From assembly GCF_009914755.1 (NCBI RefSeq), contig NC_060931.1: a stretch of DNA of 64,000 nt; one strand, given 5' to 3'. This document shows, in pieces, positions 10,795 through 31,991 of this stretch. A program made the translations under genes and the position numbers. Each line of letters begins with the position of its first letter. The stretch's first letter is position 1. The notes under the pieces are model-generated. The model ran no database searches. It saw only the letters and a list, made by a program, of their open reading frames with translations, and was not told where the DNA came from. The DNA is from the human T2T-CHM13v2.0 reference genome, Homo sapiens.

Positions 10795-13700
10795 TAACTT
10801 CCTAGACTTTGTAAAATGCATCTCTTTAGAAGGGACTACTTGACCAGTGCTAGAGTTAAGTCATGACCAACAATTACTGGATTCGATGTCTCTGAGAATT
10901 TGGAATATTTAATGAATCAACCACAGATCAGGCAATGGGGTAAACAAATAGAAGGAAAAAATCTATGCTATCCTCTCGCTGTCATTTAAAATATAAAAGC
11001 AACTCCCATAGGATGGAGATGGAGTCTAGGATTTGCACCTGTAGTAGGAAACTTATTGAGGAGTCACTTTGTGGGGTGTGGGAGGGCAGTGCTGTTTTTT
11101 TTTTTTTCCTAGGTTCTTTTGACTTTGTTGAGAGGAAAGATAATAGTAAAGATTATTGTTCAATTTCCCAAAGTATGGTGTTCTTTGTCCTGCAGTGGAA
11201 AATGTAGCTTTTCTCTAACTTTCTTTTTACCTCCTGACCCATCTCACTTTGTTCCCCACTAGGAAAATGTTGACTGGATTCTGGCTAAGATGTGTGGCCT
11301 CTTGGGAGAGTCTTGTGCCAGAGCGTTCTGTGTAGGAGGCTCACTTTAGGCCAATTTATTCAGGCAGCAGGTCAGGCTAGGGCTGTTGGCCAGAAGTGCT
11401 GTGCGTCCTCTGTCTTGGAGACATGGAGCTACTTGGAGCTGAGCTACCGTGTGGTATTAGTAAACATTTCCCGCCCCTACACACACTTGAGGAGCAGAAC
11501 TCCCCAGAGATGTCTGTGTCTGGTCCCTCACAGCTGGGTTTTCACAGAGGCTAGATGCTCACTTAGCAATCTCGGCTGTGATTCAGGATAACCACAGCCT
11601 GCTTCTAGCTTGCTCTTTGATTTTCCTATTGGGAAAGAACAGTCACAGTAAAGCAGTATCTAGGAAGAGGAAAGCCTTCACCCAGTCAGACTTCTGCACA
11701 GAGTCCTGTTATACCGCCACTGGGCAGGTGATAGTCGTAGCAGCTAAAGAATGGGGAACAACTGGGGGTGCTCTGTGGCGTTGATGTTAAAGCTACAGAG
11801 TCAGGTTTGACCTCAAAGCAATTTCCTAAATTACTAAATACACATAACTCTTATTGTTCATGCTTTAATCCATGGTCTTTGGCATATTATTGGCCTGTTA
11901 AATGCTAATAAACCTTTGTTTCTCAGCATGTAGTTTACATGATGGGGACTTGATTAAGAAAGTACTTTCAAGCATCTTATTTCATAGGAAACTTTATTAG
12001 AGATAAGATAAGACCCATTCAAATATGCATTCTCTTAAAAATGGGTTGTGAGTTATTCTCAGAATTCTCTGCTGTCTGTCCTTTCCTGTACTCCACTTTA
12101 GCTGTTTGGTATCTCTGTTCCAAGAAATTCAGAGCACCTGCCATACCACATCTTAAAAGGAGGAAATGAAAGAGATAAAAGAGGCTCGTTTAGAGGCGAG
12201 CTGAGTTTATTTTGTAAATAGTTTTCTGATGGCTCAATCAGGGTTCCTTTCACTTTAATAAACTGCATTCCTCATATTCCCTAGTGTAATTTGGCCACAT
12301 ACTGATCAGGTATCCGTATCAATTGGGATAATTTCATTATAAACTTGTTTTTACAAAGCTAATCTTCACTCTCATTTTAAGCAGCACAGAGTTCCTGGGA
12401 TCAGTCACAGACATTTTCACCAGACTTCTAAGATGCTGTTTAATTCAGTTCCAATTGTTACTTTAATGCTGTTGAGATGCTAGAAGCTCTCCACATAATA
12501 GGCCAGCTGCCTAAGCGTAACACTGATGACCTTTCGTAGGACTCAAAGATTTTGTTTGGGATTGTGTCTTCAGTAATTCATAACAGGTTTTGTTGCTTTT
12601 TAAATCAAACATAGTAAAGATTTCCTTTTATGCTCTCCTTTTAGCTACTTGGCTTCTGGAGTGTTACTCTGTTTTCCTAAATTTACAGTAGCTGCCAGTC
12701 TTGTGCTGAGTTCTCCTCCAAGTACACTGAATTGTGCAATTCTTGCTTGGCCCAGTTTTGGACAGGCATCTTTCCCAGAACCAAGTGGTCTTCTCAGAGG
12801 TTAAACAGTTTTGGCAAAAACTGTAAATAATGACTGAATAAAACCATAAAAACTGAAATCTTAAGAACAGGGGAAAAAGATGATTCCTGACTGCAAGCCA
12901 CATGGATGCAGAGGACCCATTTTTTTAAAAAAAGTTTGTTTCTCTATTCAAGCCTTCTTAAGTTTGATCATTCTTATGATCTTCTCTTTGCCTCAAATAA
13001 AACCACCATTATTGTGCCTTTTATGACTCTTGATTCCTGTTGGCAGTGGTAGGAATAGGAACTATAACTACTGTTTCTTCTTAGTTTATTTTAACCTTTT
13101 CATTACCCTGAGTCACAGTCAAACTATGACTTAGAAATAGAAGGTTACAAATAGAAGGGTTTTATAAAAAGACCCACCAAAAAAAAAATTCATTTTTGAC
13201 AAGGAATAACAATCAGATCATTTAAAGATCTGGTAGAATTTAAGGAACCTTTTTTGGCTAATTTTTTGTTGTAATTTCTAGATATTTCTCTATTTAAAAA
13301 AATACAGAATATGAATGTGTTTCTGGTAGATACTTCTGTAGATACATGTTGTTTAATATCTCTATGATCTTGTAAATGCATTTTGGTTTGTGGCTTCTCT
13401 AGATGCCTGTTAATAGATTTGGTTTTTCAGAGTAACCCAAAGTGCTTTTCTAGTAAATTATAAAGGACTTTGTTTTAAAACAATGTCTCCATTTTGTAAG
13501 TTTTAATATTTACATAAATAGCTACTGCATATGGAGCTCTTGATCATGTAACTGCAGTCCTTAACGTTTATGTTTTAAATTTATAGATTTGTTTCTTTTG
13601 ATTGAGACATCATCTCCTTCCACACTGCCTTCTCTCTTATGTCTATTTTAACAATGCAACTGGCAGTTTATTAATTCTTCAACTTAGTGATGACTTGTTC

Positions 13701-13899
13701 TTACATATTGAAGGGTAACATTTACTTTCAACTTTTTATTAAAATGAAAATTCAGAATAATTTTTTAAAAAGAAAAGGAACACAAACCAAGGCTAAAAAC
13801 AGATAGATGAACAAAACAAATCAGCAGAAAGTTTTGGATTTGTAACTGACCTTCCTCCAAGGAACATCAACCCAGTGTTAGAAGTGACCCACTCCTGTA

Positions 13900-14140
13900 G
13901 CAGCAGCATAGCTTGCTGACTGAGAGCATGGTCTCAGGAGGTTAACTGCCTGGGTCCTGATCCTGTTTCTGCTACTCACTCCCTCTATGACCTTGGGAAA
14001 ATTTCCTAAATTTTCTGTGAATGAGTCTCTGCATTGGTAAAATAGGCATAATACCGGTATGACTTCTTAGGAGTATTATTAGAATAAAATTAATCAATAT
14101 TTATAAAGACCTTACAAGAGAGTTTAGTACAAAGTAATTT
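13900..14140 (+). mobile_element. MIR
   Basis: tgaccttgggaaaatttcctaaatttttctgtg...gtaaaataggcataata. Confidence 0.65.
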
Positions 14141-14949
14141 TCTAATTTTTTTCAAAAATGAAAAATTGATGAAAACGTCTCTACTTTTAAGATAATATGT
14201 TTCTCAATTTTGAAAACAGCAAATAAATACTTTCCCTGCATTGAAGCTAGAGCTCCCATTCTAGTAAAGCAACCACTTACACCAATTAGTTATAGAAAAC
14301 AGGTTTTGTTGAGGAAGATAAGTTAGCAAAGGAGTGTTGGATCTATTTAGACCTAAGAACTTAAAAAAAATTCTTTGTCTACTAAAAATAAAATGATATT
14401 TTAACAGGCAAATTAATTTGTAAATCTTATTTACTAAAGTAGGAGTTATGAGAGATTCATTTCTTGGCTTAAGGCTTTTAAAATCTTAATGACATGTGTC
14501 ATTGTAGTCTAAGATCTGGAAGAAATATTAATTCTCAAATGAATATATCCTATGGGAGGCAACTAGTGGTTTAGTTTGGAATGTCACTCCCATCTCTCTT
14601 CATCCTCAGGGCTATTGATCTCACACCAGTCACATCCAATCTCTCTCTCCTAATTGCTTATTGGTTTCTTCCGCCTTTCTGTCATCAGCATAGCTGAGTT
14701 CCTTGGTTTGAATCAGACACTAAAACTTTTTTATTTCATTCTGCTATCAAATCTTATTAACACCTCTTCTTCTTTTTGCTAATTATCAGATTTTTCTATC
14801 TGTCACTTAACTTCCTCAGCCATGTAATCCCATATCCAGTGTTATCAAACAAGATTTAATTTGGCTTTCCCTTCCTCACCTTAAACTCTCTGAGTTCAAA
14901 AGTTAACTTATCTCCCTTTTGTTAGTTTATTTTAATTAAGACAAGTCAC

Positions 14950-16200
<1,251 letters not shown>

Positions 16201-17258
16201 TAAATTTTACGACTAGTATATAAATAATTTACATAATCAATAACTACTCTTAGGCTTTTAAAAATATTCAGTTAAAGGTTCTTCAATGTCAGGTGGGTTT
16301 TTGTAGAGTCCCTCTCTCAATCTTGATATTTAAGCATTGCATAGTGGAATAGAAAGTTAAGGTTTCAGTGAGGTATTGTTGGAATTAGATAATATGGATA
16401 TTCACTTGAAGGTACATTGAATAAAACTGGCTTGCTGCCAGTTAAACACTATCTTCTAAGTAATAATGAAGCTGGCTGTTTATAACATTACAAATATTTT
16501 ACAAATCATGACGATAATGTAATTCTGGAAAAACTCAACTGAAGAGAGTCATATAAGACAGATGCTGAGATGAAAGTATGGAAACAGTGTTGATAGAGGG
16601 AAACCACGGACACTGTCTAGAAATCCAGAACGTTGTAAGGTCATGGGCCTTTATTCATGTAGGTGGATTTTAGAGATCCCCTGAAATGATTGGTTACTAC
16701 CAGAAATCAATATTAGGGGAAGACGGAGAGACCTGAAAACTCTCACAACTCTGTTTTTGTTTTTGTTTTTCCAGTCGCTGCATGGACCATCATATGTAAA
16801 AGTGGGCTTGGCACTAAAAAGAAAGGAAAGAACAGTGTGTCCTTCTACAAACACAACTCTGGAATTTCCCTTTTGAGTACTCTCTGACCCTTCCTCCTTT
16901 TCACCATCTGCCAAGTGGAGTGTATGACTTTGTGTTTCCACATTTTCTCCTTTCATCCTCTGAATTCTCTACAAAGTTAGAGACTGCAGAGAAACAGAGG
17001 GGTGTTCAAGGAGTTAGGGAGTTTAGGATGGGATGCTTAGGGATAGGCCTGCAGAGTTAAGAGACTGCCGTAGGTACCCTGGTGTTTGTTTTTCTTTACC
17101 TGAAGCATTTGTAGCCAAGGAAGTTATAGTAGAGGGATTCTGTCAATTCACATCTACTTGCAGTTATATGGCATTCTATAGAGAAGCGCATGATTTTTTA
17201 TTATAGCATGGCTGCCAAGCAACAAGCTGGTTTTCTTTCCTACATCTTTGGTTTTCAG

Positions 17259-17329
17259 TTTGCTGACACTCCATCGAAGGCACTTAATTTTAATGCCAAA
17301 TACAGAAACACAAAGGACATGTGACAATG
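17259..17329 (+). other. Candidate 71-nt poison cassette exon in the MDFIC last intron
   Basis: Acceptor ttttctttcctacatctttggttttcAG (AG 17257-58); donor ATG|gtaaga (GT 17330-31); in-frame TGA 17264-66 when entered in phase 1. Confidence 0.5.
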
Positions 17330-18483
17330 GTAAGAGGGTGGGGTTGTTGTGTCTTATCGCTATTGTAGGTTGTGGAATCTTCTTATTAAAACTTACATTA
17401 TACAAAGTACAAAAACAAAAAAACAAGGAACCCACACAAAACAACCCAGAATTAATTCTGGTAAAAATTCACAACTATTTCTGATATGAGGCAAATGTTT
17501 TATAACATTGGTTTTAAATGATGTTATTACATGTGTTAAAGTTATCTAGAAATAGAAATTTCCTTCCATTACCCCTCTCACTTGCCCCAGAATTATAAAG
17601 GAATGGACATTAGAACATTAGAATCTAAATTTATTAAATTATAATTTGTTTGATTTCTCAATTTTTTAAATCAGTTTTTGAAGTTTAATGAACATTGTTG
17701 TTTAGAGAGGCATTACATTATTAGAGATGTGTCAGGAGATAACAGAGATGTTAAAGTTCTTTGCCACCAAAGGAAGTGGGAAAGCAATGTTACTGTGTCA
17801 TTATTCACATTTGCTAAGGTACAAATTCCTTTGTTAGAAGTAGGCAGAAGAACCGTTCTAGAAATGATAGTTGGACCCAACCAGAGAGTCTCACTGTTTT
17901 TATTTAATATTTGTGAAATAAAAAGACTAAAACCATGAAATTGAATCATTTGTATTGGAAAGTGAAGTCTTAATGGATTCTGGTTTAACTATTGAATTAA
18001 TTTTTCAATAATATATAAAACATTTCTTATTTAAGTTTGTTCTTTTCCAATTTTAGAGCAGGTGGGTGGAGCAATTGAAGGAAATTTCTATTTCTGAAGG
18101 ACTTTAATAACTATAATGCAGTTGTTTTAGCCCAGTGTTATAAAGAGCAATAGGATATAGAAAGATGAGTAAGAAGGATAGAGAAGTGGTATCTAGGACC
18201 AAGGGTCATTGCACAGTTTGTGAGAGTAATAATCTAATACATGTGAACACATGTGCGTACACACAATACTTTTTTTTTTTCGAACTAAGTATCTACTTCT
18301 AAAGATCACTCATCTAGAGTTTAACTTAAGCTCCTTTTTGAGCTTCCAGCTCACAAAGCAAACTTCATTTGGGTTGTGGATTACTTAACTATTTTGCTCA
18401 ATTCTTATTGAGTCAATTGATAACACGTATTTTGTGTTCCTCCTTTTTCTCACTATATGGTCTCCTCATCACTGAAAATGAAG

Positions 18484-18731
18484 ATTGTTGTGTCCACTGT
18501 ATCCTGGCTTGCTTGTTCTGCGAATTCCTGACCCTTTGCAACATTGTCCTGGGACAAGCGTCATGTGGCATCTGCACCTCAGAAGCCTGCTGCTGTTGCT
18601 GTGGTGACGAGATGGGGGATGATTGTAACTGCCCTTGTGATATGGACTGTGGCATCATGGATGCCTGTTGTGAATCATCAGACTGCTTGGAAATCTGTAT
18701 GGAATGCTGTGGAATTTGTTTTCCTTCATAA
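18484..18731 (+). CDS. MDFIC: MDFIC terminal coding exon: Cys-rich I-mfa domain of MyoD family inhibitor domain-containing protein (HIC)
   Basis: Translates as (D)CCVHCILACLFCEFLTLCNIVLGQASCGICTSEACCCCCGDEMGDDCNCPCDMDCGIMDACCESSDCLEICMECCGICFPS*, which I recognise as the MDFIC C-terminus. 24 Cys in 82 aa. Phase-1 acceptor aag|AT at 18483/18484; stop TAA 18729-18731. Confidence 0.97.
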
Positions 18732-22725
<3,994 letters not shown>

Positions 22726-25700
22726 TTGTGCTTGGATTGATACTAGACACCTCAAGAAAGTCACATAACCCTCAAGAAGTTTCAACCCAGGGAATAAGTT
22801 TGGCACCTCCCATGAGAAAACAGTTTCAACGGTGAACCTGCCAGTATTTACTTCCTTATTTAAGATTGCTTTTAGAGTTTGTTTAAAATAGAAGAAGTTG
22901 TGGAGAGGGGATACTATTGTAATGCAGCCCTAACATGGAGGGTGGGTGTTGCAAAAACTGTCATTGGTGACTAAATCTTCTACATACATTGCAAAATTCT
23001 CAGTGGACAATGACTGCCCCTTTTAAAACACTGTAACTCAAAATATCATATTTATGACCAAATTTTTATGAAGACAATAGACAATCTGGAAATGAAATAA
23101 AGCCGCAGCGGAGCCCCACCTGGAAAGCAATGTCTCTATGCAAACAGAATCTGCACCACCTATTCTTCACCAAGCTGTCATAATAGCATGACACTTTCCA
23201 CTAGAGCCTCAGCTATAACACTTAAGCAGCTAGATGTCAAGTTAAGTAGCTTCCTGCCTTCTGACTGAACTGTGGCTAGTAGTTCTGCTTCCATTGTTTG
23301 TTTGTTTGTCTGCTTATGCCCTCAATTCCTTACCACATTCCATTTAGTGCTCACTGAAAAGGAAGCATTAATTTAGTTGTGAGGTGACCATGAAGAAATC
23401 ATTTCAGATAACCATCCTTTGACACATTACCAACATGGGGTATAGATATATGTGTTAAAGACAAAGTATAGCTCTGCAATTAGGTGTTCACTTCCAGGCA
23501 GGTCTTTGTGTGAGGTTTAGTTGAGAATGTAATTATTAGGAAAATGGTGAAAAGCAAATTCAAACAAATTCTAAGTTTAGCTTGAAAAATGGAAAAGGTT
23601 CTTAAGTTCTGTCTGATGCATAAAGGGGTAGAAGCAAAGGAATTATGCTCCAAAGCCAAGAAAGAGGGTGTACAAAAGCAGCTGATCCACTTGACATAGT
23701 TCATAGCCTTTTGCAAAGGAATAAAAGCCTGTTGAGCAGGGAACCAAAAGATCTCATTATAGGATGAAGCCAAGCCATATTAAAGCTTGTGCACTAGTAA
23801 CTATGTCTAAAAACAGCCTGCTGTTTTATATTGAACCAATACATTTCTTAACTTGGTAGGTTGCAGTGTAAAGATGTACAGAGCCTGTCTGCTGGATGCT
23901 ATGCCAATTACAGATGTGGCAGAGTGGTGTCAAACACCTACAAACAGTTAGATCGCAAGCAATCTTAGAGTGAAACAAAAGAAGTTTTAAAATGTCACCT
24001 CAAAACCTAGTTAATCGTGTGTGTTTGACTTTTAGAGTCTTGAAATCACCTTTATTATATAATTTCATGTGGACGTCATATGCTCCCTCAATCAGAATGC
24101 ACAATTCTTTCAAGGACATGAATAGTGCCTGAGAGATAAGGAGAATATCTTTTAAAAGTAACATCTTTAGATGACAAGGTGTCTCTGATCAGCTCTGCAG
24201 AAACTGTGTTTTATTGGTGCTGAGGTGAAGGAGGAGTAAAATACTCATGAATACATATTATATTAGATTTTGTTAGATCATCAAAAAGAATAATTGGGCA
24301 TATTTACACAATTACATTTTAGTAAACTGTTATGCCAGCCTAACTATAATACATATTCTGGTAAAAGTACATTAAATCGCAATCCAAAAGCAATTTAGCA
24401 GCTGAGGACATTATTTTTTATCTAATTATTCACAAATTAATGAATAAAATTAAATTCCAATCACTGAAGAAAATGAAGCAATGGCGAGAATCAGAAGTAC
24501 AGATTAGTTAAAGCAAAGATATGCAATGCATAACAGAATTAAAGCATTTCTTTTATTCAAACTCAGTGCTTAAAAAAGAACAAATCCATCATCTTGAAAT
24601 TTGACTTGTAGCTTGACATTAAAAATAATATGAGTAGAATTTTCAGTGGGGTAAGCACAAAACTAGTTCAAGTTGTGTCACTCTCAATTACTGTACTCAG
24701 GTGGTGTACCCATTAAAATTCCCACTTGTGGGTTCCGCTCGCTATGCAAATGGGGTCATTACCCGGAGAATTTAATTGGTTATGACACTGGGAGTAGGAC
24801 TTTTCCTTTCAAAATAAACCTACTTACACACATTTTTGCTAGAAATTTGATTGTTATATGTAGTTTGCATTGTTTTGCTCTATAAATATTTACAACAATT
24901 AGACTGCCCTTACTTATTTTTTACAAATAATTAAAAATGGGTCCAAATTAATCTGATATGGTTTATTTGTCTGTAAGACTAGTTAAAATGAATCTTTTGT
25001 AAGTCATATTGCTTATCAAAACATTATTTTAAAAAGCCTTTGTATCTTCCCAACCATACATCAGATGTGGGTACATTTCCAGCAATGTTTTTCATCATTT
25101 AATAGTAACATTTTCTCTTTTATAATAGTTCTAAATATTTAATTTGAAAGGTTTCTTCTATTTTTCTCCTTTTTTGTCACTTTAAAAAATACGCAGCTAA
25201 AGAGTTAACCTACCCTTAGATTATATATAAAACATATAATATGTAATATTGCTGAGGAGCCATGTCTATAACATTTCCAAGGTCTTTATATTCACTGATA
25301 GCACTGGATGGGGTCGTTATGTTGTCAGAGTCAGTCCTAGAGATGCTTCCACTGTTAGCCATGAGACTACTAAATTTAAAGCAAAAAAACACCAAATTGG
25401 TGTGAAAAGCACAGGGCTCCATACAATTTTAATTTATTGTGGCGACTTCAACTAGAGAACGCTGTTTATTAGCCACCTATCAAAAATCTTGATAATGGCC
25501 TGAATTGACAAGGAACACTGAAATTACAGTGTGGTTTAATGGATATGATATTAAAATGAACATCCAAGAATTGAGTTCCTGGACACTGACTCTAAGAGCA
25601 GTTCCCAGAGTGAACATAAAGTAGGAACAGAGTTGCTGTAAGTATTAATGGGATAATCTCAGGGAAGCACTAACAGTTTCTTGAAAGAGACGGGTTACAC

Positions 25701-25896
25701 AGTCTAAATTTTTATTACTACATCAAGCTGTACAACAAGCCAAGGTTTTATCACTAGTTTATCTGGACCTGAAGGGAATATGTTTCCTTTAATGTAAAAA
25801 GGAAATCAGAGAGAAATAATTCCAAGGATATAGAAAAGGAAATACTATAAATTTATAACTGGACCATTGGGCAGGATTTTTAACATCTGTAACTGT

Positions 25897-25908
25897 GGGG
25901 AATTTCCC
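25897..25908 (+). promoter_or_regulatory. Consensus NF-kB site GGGAATTTCC
   Basis: ggggaatttccc; motif match only. Confidence 0.3.
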
Positions 25909-26889
25909 ATAGAATATCAAATATGGATCCAAGTCTCTGACATTCATTTTTCTATGATATTTCTAATTGTGCCCAGAGGATAAGAAAGAGTTGGCGCATC
26001 CAATAAATATAATCATTTACATGCACGGAGCTCCCTTTGAAGTTAATAGGACCTATGGAAAGGGGAGTTATGCACCACAAAAACGAAGTTCAACGTGAAT
26101 CTAGTTCTTTTTTTTAACATGCAGTGGTATTGCCAATGCATTTGGATTTTCTTGCTGCTTATCTTTCCTTTGTGTGTGATGTTTAAGTTGGAGTTGAGGG
26201 AAGTGCTCCATGTGTAGAGGAAAGATAGCCCAAAAAAGAGGATGTGGTGATTGGCAGCTTACACTCAGGGACAGCTTTAGGAGATAGCAAAAGTGATAGG
26301 GCTGACATTTGTAGAGCTTGTTTAACTTTTCAGAAGAAAACCGTATCCGTTTTCTCATTTGATCTTCACAAAACTGTGATTCTTCTAGGATAGACGTTTT
26401 AACTTCCATTTTACAGAGGAAAAAACTGGGACAGATTGCTTAAGTTTACTTTTTAAAGTAACATTGTTAGTTACCAATAGACCTAGGAAACCTAATTTCT
26501 ATTTCTGGATCTTTCCATTAGACGGGTATATTTCTTATGTAATTTTACATATTACCAAATATAATAAATAGATTCAATCAAAACAGCTTGGCTTGAAGCT
26601 GGGATGGAAACACGCGGATCTGAAGTCTTGCCTGTCTTGTTTCTTGTCTCCCATCTTTCCTACCTTGAGTGGGTATCATGACTTGGGCTCTAAGGGCGAA
26701 TAAAATTCATAGCTACTGTACTACTTATCTTTCATGGCATGCATTGACCCAAAAGTCAATGAACTCACAATGTGTTACTGTTCTGTGCCTACTTATCAAT
26801 GATGTCCATTGTTTTTGGGTGGATGAAGAATCAAGAGTTAGATGTTCTTCATAAGATTAGGTGTCATTCATTTTCCATTTACCACCCTC

Positions 26890-27310
26890 AGATCAGTTTT
26901 CTCTTTCTGCCTGATTTTGTGCCAGGGTGTCTTGCTTTCTGATTTCCAGTTGGCTTTGGCTGATGGTAGGCACTGGTGGGAAATCAAAAGATGGGAGAGA
27001 AGTCAAGGTATTAATTCCCACCCCACCCTTGCCCCTGTTCCTTCCAGACAGTGTTTGATAGTAGCTCTGTTCCTCCACATTAGGGTTTCCTGTGCAACGG
27101 CCCCTCTCCCACAGCTACAGCTCTCTCCTGGTACCTCTTCAGGCTTGGAGAAGCAGAGGTTTTCCAATGTTGTTAGTTCCTGGAACTTTAAACTCCTTTG
27201 CTGGTCTTCTTACAACTGATTGTTTCTCTGCTAACAGTCCCTTTTATTAATCTCCCTTCAATTAAACCCTATGAGGGAGCCATCTGTTTCCTGTCAGTAC
27301 TTTGAATAAT
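26890..27310 (+). mobile_element. ERVL solo LTR (LTR33-like)
   Basis: ttccagttggctttggctgatggtaggcactgg...ggtattaattccc...gagccatctgtttcctg. Confidence 0.55.
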
Positions 27311-27880
27311 GAGGTAGTGAGAAAAAGCGATCTTGTTTGTGTGCAGACGCACATGTCTGAGTTCAATCTTGTTATCATGTATTTCTAAGATTTATGAAAA
27401 TATAAATCCTGGGGTATCTTGTATATTTGTGTCTGTTTAACATTGACAGTTACTCAAATATAATAATACAATAATACAAGAACTACACTAGACACTCCAG
27501 AAACTTAATAGTTTTAGTTCAATGCCTACATATCCTCCTTGTTAACATTTGACAATGTAACAATCTGGGGGTAGGGGACAGGGAAAGAAAGAGGGTATCA
27601 TTACCATGGGTGATACAAAGCTTATGGTCGAGTTACAAGGCTTTAGGATCCCCAAAGGTGATGACATTTTCCTTTATTTCCCACAACCTAAAATGACTCA
27701 GTATCACTATCAACATAAATATACCCATAGAGAAATCTTAGCTTACAGCTTACAGATCCACCCAGAAATGCCATATTTGGGGATTCTATATAAATGTACC
27801 CAATTGTTAAAAGTTAACATGGCATCTATATGCCTTTGGCACCAAACATTTCTAAAGTAAGGTGGGTCTGTTATCAGATC

Positions 27881-27882
<2 letters not shown>

Positions 27883-27915
<33 letters not shown>
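27883..27915 (+). repeat. (TTA)n microsatellite derived from the L1 poly(A) tail
   Basis: Read directly; lies between the TSD and the L1 3' end. Confidence 0.92.
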
Positions 27916-27916
<1 letters not shown>

Positions 27917-28116
27917 CTTTAAGTTTTAGGGTACATGTGCACATTGTGCAGGTAAGTTACATATGTATACATGTGCCGTGCTGGTGTGCTGCACCCACTA
28001 ACTTGTCATCTAGCATTAGGTATATCTCCCAATGCTATCCCTCCCCCCTCCCCCCACGACCACAACAGTCCCCAGAGTGTGATATTCCCCTTCCTGTGTC
28101 CATGTGATCTCATTGT

Positions 28117-31928
<3,812 letters not shown>

Positions 31929-31991
31929 TATGATGTTAGCTGGTTATTTTGCTTGTTAGTTGATGCAGTTTCTTCCTAGTCTTGATGGTCT

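Noticed and set aside
17248-17484. 78-aa ORF with a hydrophobic stretch
   Set aside because: Non-ATG start, runs through the candidate donor, and is not in the frame an MDFIC splice would use.
18369-18483. N-terminal 38 aa of the 120-aa ORF in the track
   Set aside because: Intronic read-in from a non-ATG start; MDFIC similarity begins only at the splice acceptor.
18413-18658. Antisense ORF with poly-Q
   Set aside because: Shadow of the Cys TGC/TGT codons on the opposite strand.
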